The notes: generated by a model not told the origin, from the letters alone. A stretch of DNA of 63,459 nucleotides, filler included, from Dimargaris cristalligena (GCA_003614675.1; 25 parts of 25 records of this genome joined end to end with filler, not necessarily neighbours in it), one strand, 5' to 3'; counted from the whole stretch's first letter, positions 48,890-62,305 are shown. A program made the numbers and translations.

Positions 48890-49464
48890 CCTTCTAATCT
48901 GACTTAATTTGGACATAATGATTATCAGTCCCTATTAGTCCTTATAGTACCATATTAACTTTGCTATAGTCACACCTGGTATTATAGAATCATTCTATAT
49001 CATATAACTATTCCCTTTCCAGACTCCTTAGTTTGCACTAATTACTCCAGTGCTGATCCAAAGACTTATTATGTTACCATCAGAGTCTTCCAAGTCCTCT
49101 CAGCTGTCCAGTTAGCCTATTTATCTTACCCTAATCTTAGTAGTATTCTTCTCTGGGGGCCTCCCTCTAGTGCTACCCCTGTGTATATATAACTGGGCCC
49201 CATTGGGACTGGTTAAATTCCTTATCTTATTATTACCCCCTTAGTTTACCCCAATAAACTCTATATATACTCACCCCCTTGTACTAACTAGTAAGTGTGC
49301 TTACTGCATGTCCCTTACCTATACCTTCATTAATAACCTTTATTAGTTAGTACTATACCCCTGCCTAATATTAGTAACCCACTTAGCCAAGCCTGAGCCC
49401 TATCTACTATTAGAAGTCTATCATCAGGACACTTAATAGACTAAGAGTGATTAACATAGGTAAT
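48890..49464 (+). repeat. Family A LTR, strongly eroded
   Basis: Colinear with 5210-5466; end GGGCGACA has become AGGTAATA. Confidence 0.8.
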
Positions 49465-50997
49465 AAATAGAATTACAAAGAAATGCTGTAAAGGAAATAA
49501 GATAGTATGTGCAGAGCATTTAAATTCTCTTTGAAGAGGGCTCTCTGAACTAGAGAAGTGAAATCGGTTATTTAAATATCAAATGTTATGCTATTTATAT
49601 TGAATAGTCATCATAAATTCTCTATATTGAATAAAAACCAATTGCAAACGTCAAAATAATGAAATAATAATTGAATTGTCATCAAAATCGGTGGGTAAAC
49701 TGATAACCAAATGGTGAAAACCTGATTAGTGTGGTGCTCACGACACTACATATACATGCTTTAGATATGATGGAAGGTTTGTGCTCCACCATTCTGCAGT
49801 TCTAGTAGAATGAAGCATCAAGAAATTTCAAGTCTTCATTCTGCTCAAGTTGTATATCAAGGGCAACACCACCACTGTAAAATTGGGCATATTAATGTAA
49901 TATAGAAAAGAGCCAAAAGTTTTATTGTATCATATTACCATCACAAAGTAGTAAATGAATTTAAAAAAATGATGCATTGATAAAAGTCAGTTAAACAGGT
50001 TTGTAAATTAACACAAACAATAATAATTTGCAAGAAAGATAGAAGGGCTGGTATGTTGTAAGAGGGGATAGTAACATGCTATTCAGGAGCCCATTAATGA
50101 AACACAGCCATGATAAGTTTTCCTAATAATATATTGGCCATATTTAACGTCAAAGACACAGTACAATGGCTGTGGTTTCCCTCTATTTCCTAATTTCTGC
50201 CGCACTACAAGGAGCATTTTGTAATTAGTCCAGGGTTGACTTCCAGTATAAATAGACTAGCGTCACTCAGGATCAGTTGTACCTCACCCAAAATCCCAAA
50301 ATACAGAAAACTCAATAAAGTAGCCAGCCAAAATATATAGCTAGCTACAAAACTGATACTTCAGGATAATTTAGTCCTGATTTGTCGGGTTTGGGCCTGG
50401 TGGCCTGGGAGTGATAGGTGCCTTAGGTTGGCGAGTGTCATAATCCTGATAGATTATTGTATCAGGTTTTAAAATGCCATCCTGAGAGGGATGACTTACA
50501 GTGATTTTGTTCTGCATTGTAGCAAAGTCCTGGTTGTCAGTTTGGTTATAACCAAGGGTGGAGGAGCTGATAGTCCCTTGGCTGTCTTGGGAGCTTTTGG
50601 GGGGATAGTTTGTGGATGGCATTTCAGTGGTTGTTTAAATGATGGTAGTTGTAGATGATGTTTAATCAATGACAAGCGTGGATTATGTTTGAAATTTTTA
50701 TTGTAAGACTAGTTGAAGGCATGCTTGCATCTTTATATTCAAAACCCTGGCCTCGATAATTTTCATTTGACTGATGTCACTATCTATCTGTACCATACCA
50801 ACAATGGGCTGTTCTATAATAGTAATGAACTGTGAGAATATTACCCCCTCCCCTCCTTGTGACCGATCATTTCCAAAAACACAATATTGACTGAAGCNNN
50901 NNNNNNNNNNNNNNNNNNNNNNNNNNNNNNNNNNNNNNNNNTTAATTAATTAANNNNNNNNNNNNNNNNNNNNNNNNNNNNNNNNNNNNNNNNNNNN

Positions 50998-51295
50998 ATT
51001 TTCTTTTATCATAAGTATACAATAGCAGAACCGGCGTAGATATAATATCCATTATTTCTACCGCACAATATTTCTAGGGTATAAATACCCCTTCAAATCG
51101 CAACCTGAATAAAACATCTTGATTTTATACTTGTTTACTTAGTATAGAATTGTATCGACTTATAGTCTACAATTCTCTGCCTATTTTCGACTATTGATTA
51201 TTATTTACTAGTGTCTAAGTATTTTTCGCCACTTTATAGCTATCGGGACTTTTTATTTATTTATTTCGTCAAGTTTTTCCCATCGCTGCACAACA
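50998..51295 (+). repeat. LTR related to the dUTPase-gypsy family, upstream of a LINE-like ORF1
   Basis: Ends AAGTTTTTCCCATCGCTGCACAACA as at 20552-20576; TATAAA and AATAAA inside; no PBS follows. Confidence 0.75.
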
Positions 51296-51610
51296 ATCAT
51301 TTGCTTCATTTTTATGTACCTAAATTTTTGGCTACTCGTTTTTGAACCGTTCCCAACTATCCATCCATCGATTTCGACCCTTCCAGCACCCGCAAGATCA
51401 CCCAAAACCACCGCCCAACTGTCCGATACATCCACCAGAATGACGCTTTTGTGAACATTCTAACAATCCATTCAACATTCCGCTGATTCGACCAACATTG
51501 CAAAATCTGCATTTCAGATCTGAGATCTCATTCGAATTTCGAAATTCGAACTTTAACCCAGTGATTCAACCACAGTGCTACTACATGACCATAATAATGA
51601 CCTACCTACT

Positions 51611-52696
51611 ATGCCACCTGCACGTCCTAAAGCTACATCTATAAAGGAACTTACTAAGAAATTGGAAGTATTGGAGAGAGGTGCAGCTGAACGTCAAGTA
51701 CTCCATGCTGAGCTTATCACCTGTAAAAAGGCTCTGGAGGAGGCTTTAGCTACTATTGCTGTCCTCCAAGCTGAATATACAGCCAGACTAGCCCTATCCA
51801 CTACCCCCTCTACCCAGCCTGCCACTACCAAGCCTGCCCACCAGTCTGTTCCCGAGCCTGCTCCCCAGGCCATGCCCACTCCTGCCCCCAAGCCTGCCCC
51901 TCAGCCCACCCTCCAGACCGCTCCCAAGCCCGCCCCTCAGACCGCCCCTCAGACCGCTCCCAAGCCCGCCCCTCAGACTGCTCCCAAGTCCACCCCCCAG
52001 ACCACTCCCAAGCCCATTCCCCAGACTGCCCCCATACTCATTCCCAATACCCCCACCGAGGGCTCATATGCCTGGACTGCCAAACGAGGGCACTAGGCTA
52101 ACCCTAGTAACCTTGTTCCCTCTCCCCCAGCCCAGTCCCAGTGCCGTTATGAGGCTACTGCTAGGATCTTCACCCCCAATTTAGGCCCTCAGGGATTTGA
52201 GTATGTAGTGATCCCTAGGAACTGCTGATTGACCTGAGCTGAGGTTCAAAAGAGCCTATGGACCCTTGGTATTGATATCTCCAGACTACTAGATATAGCC
52301 TTCCCTTCTGTTGGTCATGTGGCCCTACTGGTCTACTGCCAATATGCTCCCAAGCTCACAGAGCTATTTTCTACTGCTAAGGTCCCTATCTGTGCTGGGT
52401 TTGATCTCCTTCACCCTTCCCACCTAGCTGACCCTGCCTTAACTGCCTTGCCCCCCTCTGATTGTGCTCAGAAGGTGGCTGAAATTCAGTGTGCCCACTG
52501 TCTATGGGCTGTCCACTATCTGGCTTTCTAGAGACCCACTGTTGCCAGAGCTATTGCTCATTACTTTGTCCAGGAAGGCTGGATTGCAGAGGAGGATATC
52601 CCTGCCTCTACTAACTCTACCTGCCCAACCTGGGTAAGTACCCTCCCTTCCCCCCTTTCCCCTCCTAGCCCCCAAGATACTGAGATGGTCTTATAA
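51611..52696 (+). pseudogene. LINE-type ORF1 pseudogene with (T/P)APK/Q-P repeats and several in-frame stops
   Basis: Single frame reads GPQGFEYVVIPRNC*LT*AEVQKSLWTLGIDISRLLDIAFP..ALLVY..HLADP..AIAHYFVQEGWI, matching the Mucorales-type LINE ORF1 pattern as I recall it. Confidence 0.72.
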
Positions 52697-55007
52697 GTCC
52701 ATTTCACTTCCCTGACCACTACCTTATGCATTCCTTCCCTGCCATTTAGGCTAGCTACTTAGTTTTAGTACTACTTTTTTTCTGCCTTGGTAGAGACCTT
52801 TTCCTGTGGCCCCCCACCTTACTGATAATACCAATAACCCCTGTCCAGCTAAGTTGGGTAGGTTGTCATAAGGACCTGGTTTCTTCCCAGGGTCTGTTTA
52901 TTATTCTACCTTCTGTCTTTTCCCTCTACATCTGTAGCTTTTGAGGGTTTTTGACCAAATTACCCATTATCATGTTCCCTGTAGATAGCAATTATGACCA
53001 AAAGGTTGCCTGCCTTAGATTCACTTTAAATAAAACTCTACTTCATCTGAGCTAATAAGGCTTCTCCTTGTTGTGACGGGTTCTGAACACCCTTAAGCTT
53101 TGGTGATGTCACCAACGATGTACCTTATGATCATTAATCAAATTATCACCTTTTTACTATAGTTAGTTTAGTTTATCAGTATTAATACTGTAGCACCGAG
53201 ACCCGGTGGACCGGTTAGGTCGGGGATTACATCATGGGGGGAAAAAGCCGGGAAAATTGGCAGGAGGTTTGAACTACTATCAGGGATCTCGTTATTGGTA
53301 GATTGTAGTGGAGCCAACAGTGGGGTGTAGAAGTACTTTGCGGTGAGAAAGACATTGCGGTTTTTTACAAATTTATTTACTAAATAGAAATAGAGCAATA
53401 TGAAAATAATAGACTNNNNNNNNNNNNNNNNNNNNNNNNNNNNNNNNNNNNNNNNNNNNTTAATTAATTAANNNNNNNNNNNNNNNNNNNNNNNNNNNNN
53501 NNNNNNNNNNNNNNNGAAATCTCAGTAAGGAGATGGAAGCACAATCAGCCTGTATTTGTTTTCCCCCTCCCTCCTCCCCTTCAGCTACACCCAATTGTCT
53601 TGTTACATCCTTACCAATGACTAACCACAGTCCTAATGATACCAATGCAATACCACCCTTATCTGACAATGACATGCCTCAAAACCAGAATGACCAGGGT
53701 GTTAGACAAATAGAAGCCCTGGTCATTGATGAAGAATGCCTCCAGTCCACCATATCAATAACCCAACTTCTGAGGCACTCATCACCTGAAGCAGATAGGA
53801 TAGGATGCTATCACGGCCCCCTCTTGTCCACTGGCTCTCTCCCAAAAACTCTACTATTGATGGGAGTGACCCCATATCTAGTGAGTACTGGCAGTCATAC
53901 TTCATAAGAATTAGGACTAGCTATATAATAGGTGTTATGGCTGCTCCGTAGATGCTCTTCAGTTTACTAGAATTCCTACCACTAATATATTTCTTTATTA
54001 CATCTCCTTTGCTATATTTCCCTAATAAAATGTGTATCTTACTTACTTAATTCAACAGTCTCATCACTTGAATTTGTAACCTATTTCTTTTTTGCTATGC
54101 CACACTGTCCAATTCATTGGGCCACATGAGGGCCTACAATAATCTCATTGGGGGTTCCCTTAAGTTGAAAGGAAAAGGTGGGAGAGTTACTAAGTAAGTT
54201 CTACCTCCATCCCAGGGTGATTTGTTTACATATATTCCAATGAAATACCAGGGTGGTTTCTACCTCCTGCCTCAGTATTGCATTAGGCAAACCCATTTTA
54301 CATTGAAACTGGAACTACACTAATCCCTCAGACTTGACATACCCCATTGAAGTAACTCACCTAACTCTTGCATATACTAATTGTGTCCCATCTATACATC
54401 TTTATAGCCCCTTACTCCACCACTTATAGAAAAAGTAAAAAATCCAGGAAGTTGAAAAAAGCTGACCATAGTAGTAGTTGTAGTAGTGGTAAATTGATTG
54501 CTAAGTAATATGACAAGAGCCAAGACAACAATTCCAGTCAGATACTCACTCCCACTGAAGTATTAGTAGCCAAAACTAAGGCCAAGATTGAATCTGGGAA
54601 GGCACAGGAAAGATGGGTAAATTTGTGGATTGATTATTTGTCAGTTTGGTGGCAACTGGGGACTAGTTAGTTAGCTGGGCTCTCTCATTCTGTAGCTCTA
54701 AGAGTGTTTTTACATTTCAATATATGCTCATTCTATTTGATTTGAAAATAGCTAAGGTTATACCCCCCTTCCCTGCTCTTTCTCTCCTTGGTATATATTA
54801 CTATCTAAAACTAGTTTGATGGAAACTGTGGATACTGACATATATGGCCTTCTTTATTTGTCACCCTAGTTAACTACCCTTAGTCCATCAAGAGTCCTGA
54901 AGATAGGCTTCTAAAAGTAGGTGGGGCTTTAGACTCAGCTAAGTAGGCTACTAGCATTAGATACAGGTGTAATGACATGACCCAGAGATCTGGGAGGGGT
55001 TAAAGAT

Positions 55008-55230
55008 TGTTGAAATACTAAGGTCATAAAGGAAATAAAACTGGAAGTAAGGGAAGAAAGAAGCAAGAGGACAATAGGTACCTCTAGGTGGTTAGTTTTA
55101 TTGAACTGTAATTTCTGTGGGGTGAAATATAAGTGGCTACCATGAATGATCTCATGATAGCAGAATAAACTAATGTAATTGGGTAAAAATAGGATAGAAT
55201 AAAGAATATGTAGGAATATATTCTTCAACA
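55008..55230 (-). mobile_element. Family D solo LTR, TSD AAGAT/GAGAT
   Basis: TGTTGAA...TTCAACA termini; reverse match to 48537-48759. Confidence 0.82.
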
Positions 55231-55376
55231 GAGATAGCCTACCAGGTTGAGATAACTATGGTCAAGAAACAGAAGTTAGCCTAAATGCCTATTAGTTTAG
55301 GGATGTAGACTGGGAGGGCAAAGGTAATACTACTGTCTCTTGTGGAGAGATTGATTGGGGATGGCTTGAGCAAAAC

Positions 55377-55520
55377 ATATGGAAAAAGTTTAACCAGGCT
55401 GTATAATGATAAATCTATTAAATGAGGTAAAAGTCTCTATTTAAAAATGAATCTCCCACATATTTCCCCATACATCCATTATTCAAAACTTTATACAGCT
55501 GCACTGAATTCCACCTATAT
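55377..55520 (-). mobile_element. 144-bp MITE-like element
   Basis: Reverse match to 29945-30088. Confidence 0.75.
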
Positions 55521-55576
55521 TATAAACTGAAGATAGAGTGACTAGAGTATCAATATTGAAAGATATTAAATGGGTT

Positions 55577-55931
55577 TGTTACCCAGGTTAACCACTCTTA
55601 GTCTATTAAGAGCCCCAAGGATAGGCTTCTAATAGTAGGTGGGGCTTAGGCTTGGCTAAGCAGGCTGCTAGCATTAAGTACAGGCACCATACTAACTAAT
55701 AAAGGCTATAAGTACAGGTATAGGTAAGGGATATGCAGTAGGCACACTTACTAGTTAGTAAAAAGGGAGTAAGTGTATATAAAGTTTATTGGGGGTAAAC
55801 TAGGGGTTAGGATAAGCTAAGGAATCTAACTGGTCCCAATGGGGCCTAGTTATATATGTATAGGGACAACTCCAGAGGGAGGTCCCGGGGGAAGGATATT
55901 ACTAAGACTAGGGTAAGATAAATAAGCCAAC
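55577..55931 (-). repeat. Family A LTR, cut by contig end
   Basis: TGTTACCCAGG start, colinear with other copies. Confidence 0.82.
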
Positions 55932-56031
55932 NNNNNNNNNNNNNNNNNNNNNNNNNNNNNNNNNNNNNNNNNNNNTTAATTAATTAANNNNNNNNNNNNN
56001 NNNNNNNNNNNNNNNNNNNNNNNNNNNNNNN

Positions 56032-57243
56032 ATACCAATACAGTCAGGCAGATTTACTCAATATGCTGTTAGCAACAGAAGAACGCCGAGTTGGGTAAGG
56101 GCTGGCTTTGGCGTATTTGGGAGTCATTCTAGGTGCATTCCAGCTCCTCTTTGCTTGGACCATTGACATTAACAAGGCCGAAGGTCTTGGGTGTTGACTG
56201 CGTAGCTGATGGTCTTGTGGATGTCGGGAGACAATCCAAGCCATGTCGTAGTTGTCTGGTTCTACACAATGGATTGAACTCTTGTCTGCCCCAGGAGAAG
56301 GATGATTCATGATTCCAGCCTTATAGTAGTTTATCATGTCCAGGTCCATGATTGGTGGCTCTATTTTGTTCAGGACAGTAAGGTGGGCTTGGTTGAGTAG
56401 TCATTGGAATCGGCAGATGTATTTCAAGAGGCTGGCTCTGAAAGATAGGTTAGCTAGTTCCAGTTTGACGCAGTTCATCATGTTCTTTAGAGCTTAGTGG
56501 TTTGTAAAAGCTGGAATGTGAAGGAAGGGGCAAGGACAAGAGGCCGGTGTCCAACACGTGCCAGGGTGCGAGGTGGGGCGATGGGTCTGTTGAAGTTCTC
56601 CTGTTAGTTGGTAACCCACATCTTGCAAAAACCAATAAGGAATGCATCAAGAACATGGCAGAGGTCTGGGTTGATGAGAGGGCACCGTAGGAGGAGGTGG
56701 TTGGTTAGCTGCTTGAGCCATGTACCGGACTGTGTTGTAAGCAGCAACCTGCTTGGAGTTCTCCTTATGGTATTGTTTGCAGTAGTCGCTTGCCAAGGAG
56801 ATGAAGTTCCCAACAACTTCTAGTCTCATGTCAGTCCTGTTGTACCTGTCTACCTGTTTTGCTTTGTCACAGCTGATCTCCTTCCAGAGTTTCTTGAGGA
56901 ATGTGTTGTAGTTTGTCAGGGGAGCTGGTTGAGCAAGGTTGTTTTTGACGTCGCCAAGATTGCAAGCGAAGGCTGTGTTGATGCTGGGTAGTTCAATGGG
57001 GGTAAGTGTGGACTGGGCCAATGGTGCAGGACTTGGGGCGGCGGTCAAGTTGCCAGATCCTAAAGCAACTCCACTGTCGCTGCCAGCAGCTCCAAGTCCT
57101 GCTCCTGCTACCAATCCAACCCCAGCCATGTTAGGAACCAAGTAGCCCCTTGATGTCAAGGTTCTGGGCAGATCCTTGATGTCCTCTGATGGTCCTGATG
57201 CTATGGGCTAAACCGGAGCATCTGGTCTTGATAAGTTGTTCAT
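56032..57243 (-). pseudogene. Degenerate ORF, possibly retroelement gag-like
   Basis: Chain of frameshifted coding-like ORFs (56647-57159, 56450-56656, 56044-56349) including DMINYYKAGI; no decisive motif. Confidence 0.35.
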
Positions 57244-57935
57244 CAAGGGAGGTGAGAAAAGAATGGAGTGCTGCCACCATGTAATGAACTGACGCTTCTT
57301 GGCACTCAACAACTACTGAGGCTATTTGGAGGATAAGCGCTAACTTATATAGCTGGCAAGATAGTCCACTTAAGGAACATATGGAGCACTCTTAGAATCA
57401 ACGCAGGAACGCAGGGCCAAAGTAAGAAGAGAAGTAAGTGAAGATAGGATTTTGGGGGAAGAACTCAGACTGAGTACCACAGGTCTGTTCTCGTTCGCGG
57501 TGTACAATATAGATGGGGGATTCGCGGAAAGACACAGGAATCTCCCACTCAGAAGAACGTCACTTGGGGTGGGAGATTAGTGGTGAAGCATCAAGTCAGA
57601 AAGATGAAAAGGGAGACAAAGAAGTCTTGCTAGTTAGACATAGATCATCGAGCATCTTGGCGTTCCCATAACCATGTGTTTTAATACTCTAAGTTGAATC
57701 CCACTTCTCAAATCCCACAATAATCTGAATAGAAAAAAGCATACTAAAAAGTTACTGAAGGCCGCGATTTCACACACTGTACGTTCACAATTGGTCGTAA
57801 TTGCTGGTTCCATGAAAACGAAGTCCAGTCGGTTTTTCAAGGCGTGGCACTTTGAGAAGTTCAACTATGTTATCTAGTGCATCCCAGTTGACCATCTCAA
57901 CAGCCCAGATGTTGTAGCAATCCATTCAGCAGAAC

Positions 57936-58445
57936 TTGCCACCCCATAAGGTACTCCTCAATTACATCAACATGAAGCCTTCAATCCACTCTGCCACAAA
58001 TGGCCAGGACGGCTTCCTCAAGGAGTTGATCAATAAGTGTGATAAGACCACCCTGTTCCAGCCAAAAGTGGGTCTTCACCCTGATCAAAGCAAGAAGAAC
58101 TTCTCCATCTATCTCCTAGAAGACGCCCAGCCGCCGTTCTTCTGACTTCGACATCTCACTCAAGACGAACTTGATGAGCTCAAAACTCAGATCAAGGGCT
58201 ACCTTGGGAAGGGATGGATACACCACTCCCAATCAGCTGGGGAGCACCTGTTGTCCTCACAAACAAAAAACACGCCAGCTGATGGCTTCGTATTGACTAC
58301 CGATGTCTCAACTCGATCACCAAAGGAATTTAAACGCTGCTACCTAGTCTACTTGAGATATGCAATCAACTAGCTACGCCAAGTACTTCCCCATCTTCAA
58401 CAGAAAATATCCCTACCTTGGACACCATACACAGCAGACATCATC
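57936..58445 (+). pseudogene. Gypsy pol (RT N-terminus) relic
   Basis: LTQDELDELKTQIKGYLGKGWI / SWGAPVV..KK..*WLRIDYRCLNSITK across a frameshift and stops. Confidence 0.8.
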
Positions 58446-59502
58446 NNNNNNNNNNNNNNNNNNNNNNNNNNNNNNNNNNNNNNNNNNNNTTAATTAATTA
58501 ANNNNNNNNNNNNNNNNNNNNNNNNNNNNNNNNNNNNNNNNNNNNTGGGACCTTCTCTCCATTTCTCTATTATCTATCTATCTTTCTATTTAGGCTTCCC
58601 CTTTTAAGTATAAATACTCCCCCTTGCTGCCACCTCTTGGAGCAGCAAGTCTATCATCACCCTTCCCCTTTTTATCATCTTTCTTTTTAATAAAGTTCAG
58701 TTTTCAAGGATTGAGTTTGGTTCTTTATACTCAACAACCTGTACTATTAAACTTACAATTACTATACTTGTTTACTGGCTTTTATCTATATTCCTTACAC
58801 ACCTCAAATAAACCTTTATCTCAACAACAACATTAGTGTTGAATGATGTGGGGTTTCTTATTACCTCCTATATTGTTATAATATAGGCTATCCAGTGCAG
58901 CAGCATCAACAGTATCCCACCTACAGGGGTAACACCACCAATACCCAAAATATTTCCCACTATAGGTTTACCCTACTGGCATGTATCAATTATGTCCCAC
59001 TTGCCTTTATTTATTGCCAACTTCATATTTAACTTATTTAGCCATTTAGTATAACTATTATACTTAACAACCTAAGCAAGCTTTCCAAGTACACAAAGAT
59101 AACTGGTGGCATTCCCACCTCTCTTTGAAAGGAGTCAACTGCTGCCTTCTCACATTCTACTGCTTAGTCTTCTGTTCCCCATTTGACTACCCTCTTCTGC
59201 AGCTTTGGATTTGCCCTCTAGGGTTGTGGATTATGGCAGGTTTGCAGAGTTGGAGGAGACCAAGGTGTGGGCAGATGTGGCCATGGAGGCAGATGGGAGT
59301 ATGTAGATAACAAGGCAACAGCAATTATTATATTATAATTATTTTATACAGGATAAATAATCCCAGAGGCAATAATAACTAGAAAAAGGAAATAGTTGGG
59401 GGAAAAACAGGGAATGGAGGGTGCAAATTTTTTGATGGAAGCCAGTTGGATAATCACTTGTAATGGCCACCTCCTTAGAGCAAGCAGCTGATAGAAGAGA
59501 AG

Positions 59503-59646
59503 ATATAGGTGAAGTTCAACTTGGCTGTATGAGGGTTTAACTGATATGTATATGGGAAAATTGGTGGTATGTTTATTGTCAACCAGTAGTATATGTCTTA
59601 TCAAAAGGATTTTTCATTATAAAGCCTGGTTGAACTACTCCCATAT
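59503..59646 (+). mobile_element. 144-bp MITE-like element
   Basis: ATATAGG...CCCATAT ends. Confidence 0.75.
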
Positions 59647-59759
59647 TGTTACTTCCACTGCAGCAACTGAACACAGCTGCACAATTATGAATGAGGTATC
59701 TCCTTTAACTGAGACTAGTGTGGCCGAGTATGCAGATAACCAGGGTCCCACCTATGCAC

Positions 59760-60323
59760 TATCACCCCTCCTAATCCGTCCTAATCCAACCACTATAATT
59801 ACTGTCATAGCAGGCCATATAGTACCATATTGTACCCCCAGCCCTAATAAGGCCAGACATTACTGATATCTCCTTACCAGCTGGACCTCCCGGAGTTTGC
59901 ACTAATCACTCCTAGGTGATCTTAGTGCCTTCCAATTCCCATGGAAGCCCTGCTAATCCAAGGACCAGCCAGTCCATCTTATTATTATCCTATTATTTAG
60001 TTCCCCCTGGGACCTCCCCTTTGGAGTAGTCCCTTGCGTATATATAACTGGACCCCCTTTGGGACCGGTTAGTAGCTTAGCTTATTTTCTTACCCCTCAG
60101 TTTACCCCAATAAACTCTATATACACTTACCCCTTTGTTACTAACCAGTAAGTGTGCATCAGTGCACGTCCCTTGCCTACATAGTACACTTGCTTTATTT
60201 AGTTTGTACCAGCCACAATACCTAATGCTAGTAGCCCACTTGGCCGTATCCAATGCCCCGCCTACTGTTAGAAGCCTATCCCTGAGACTCTTGATGGACC
60301 AAGAGTGGTTAACTTGGGGGACA
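59760..60323 (+). mobile_element. Complete family A solo LTR (564 bp) with 5-bp TSD TGCAC
   Basis: TATCACCC (eroded TGTCGCCC)...GGGGACA; TGCAC at 59755-59 and 60324-28; TATATA then AATAAA inside. Confidence 0.9.
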
Positions 60324-61057
60324 TGCACTAACCCTAGTCATTAAAGACAGATAAAACCCACCCATTGCCAACGGTTACCACAGCCCCGGATACCTTGCCA
60401 TTGTATTCAAAATACTTTGGTATTAATCCCAGCTCGGCCCTTCTAGGTCTTTCTGGGGGTCTCTATCCGACGTAATAGGGCAAGTCGCATGGCTAACAGG
60501 AATCAACAGCCACTTGTAGTATATTCTGACCCTACTGCAAATAAAGGTTACAATGCATCTCGCGTTGGAAGTTCCTCGGTTTAGTTGTGCACCTGTCGCT
60601 TTTACTTTTCTTCACATTTACATATCTCCTTTAAAACCACTCCTAGTTAATAAAGGGTTGCTCATTAAACAATATATACTTATCTGCCTTCCTACTACAC
60701 CAAACATACTCTTTCATTTTGCGTCTTACTATAAACACCTACTCACCACCACACGTAACTTCCTACCGCCCCTCTGCTAATTGTTTAGTTGTGATAACCT
60801 GGTGTCTTTACTCTCATAAATCGACCCACTATTTTTCTGAAGCAATTTCCGGCTTGCTTGAGTCACCATCTCTTGGTTCACCGGACTATTCCTCTCATCG
60901 GGATTCCCCCAGCCGCTTTTCGACTCTAACCCGATAGCCGACTAAGTACCACAACCNNNNNNNNNNNNNNNNNNNNNNNNNNNNNNNNNNNNNNNNNNNN
61001 TTAATTAATTAANNNNNNNNNNNNNNNNNNNNNNNNNNNNNNNNNNNNNNNNNNNNC

Positions 61058-61234
61058 GAGGAAGGGGAGGGCGCCCTCAGTACTGAAGATGCGTTGACTG
61101 CCGACTCCCTTATTAAGGTCAAGCCCGTCAAAGCGGCCAAGTCCAAACGAACGGCCGCCCCATCGGGCTCGACGGGTAGTACCACCCGGGGGCGTGGTCG
61201 GGGACGTGGTCGAGGTCGGGGTGCGAATGCCTAG
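61058..61234 (+). CDS. 3' end of an unidentified gene with acidic, then Lys-rich, then RG-repeat tail
   Basis: EEGEGALSTEDALTADSPIKVKPVKAAKSKR...RGRGRGRGRGRGANA*. Confidence 0.6.
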   Translation, partial: EEGEGALSTEDALTADSLIKVKPVKAAKSKRTAAPSGSTGSTTRGRGRGRGRGRGANA

Positions 61235-62062
61235 CTCTTATAATTTGGGTTATCGACGGCATCCGACAATCCATCCTTGAACCACCCCAATTCGGGACTG
61301 GTCGCGTTTTTTCTTGAAAATTTACAATTATGGCGTATATTATCTCTCTCTCTCTCTCTCTCCCCTCCCCCCCTGATTATTATTTCTGGTTTGGGTCGTA
61401 TCTTTTTTCAATTGAGATGTTTCATACAGCTTAATTGATTAGCCTATGCATGTCTTGCTTTTGCTTATATATATACCCCTATAATCCATAATGAAATGTC
61501 TTGTTGGTAATATTCAACCTTCGGAAGCATAGACCACTCCTTCCCCTAAATAGCCAGGTGAATCAAGTAATATAGCCAAATTTGTAAGATAATCTTTAGA
61601 TCCGATTCTGATTGACCTTTTCAATAGCGACTATACATGGCATTACACGATGTACTATGGATGATTAGAGGCCTACTGCGCCATGGCAGCTACTATTCAA
61701 TAAAATCTAAAAACAAGTTATTTATCAATAGAGAGTCATGGTCAGGACAATGAGTCTCTTAACACGTGTTTGGCTTCCCTAACATTCTAGATATTGAAAG
61801 CGTGGCCATGTGATGGCAATGGTATAGTATCAGAGAAACCATTATGGGATACTTAACTATTAGGGGAACAGTAATAATTTATTAATAGTTTGTAGCCGTC
61901 GCCATGGGTAACGCATGTAAAGGTATGAGTCCAGGGCCGTTGAACAATCGAGAGAAAAGTACATAAAAGTCAAGTAGCTGCAGCACTTGCAACCACCCTA
62001 ATAGGGTTTGTATTCGCCATCTAAAATCGCCAGAAACAGATCAAGGGGAGGGGGAACTTGAA

Positions 62063-62305
62063 TCAGGAGAGCCAGGCACCCGAAAATAGGCCTTTGCCAA
62101 AGTAGAACAGGGTGTAACTTTGGTCAACGACAGGGTTGATATTGATGGGGGGTGCGGGGGTTGATGGAGATACGGGTACGGTGGAATTGTTCGAGGCTAT
62201 GGGAAGGGGCTGGGCTTCGGATGGTAATAGTTGGGCACTGAGCGCGAGAATACCGCACAGCAGGGTGGAAGTACGCAGGGCCAATATAGTGTGGGAGGGT
62301 GACAA
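62063..62305 (-). CDS. Possible small secreted protein lacking an ATG start
   Basis: Signal-like LLCGILALSAQLLPSEA-QPLP; only a TTG start; TATATAAA upstream near 62480. Confidence 0.25.
   Translation of the reverse strand: MSPSHTILALRTSTLLCGILALSAQLLPSEAQPLPIASNNSTVPVSPSTPAPPININPVVDQSYTLFYFGKGLFSGAWLS

Noticed and set aside
61058-61234. Naming the RG-tailed fragment (for example RFC1)
   Set aside because: Low-complexity tail only; not diagnostic
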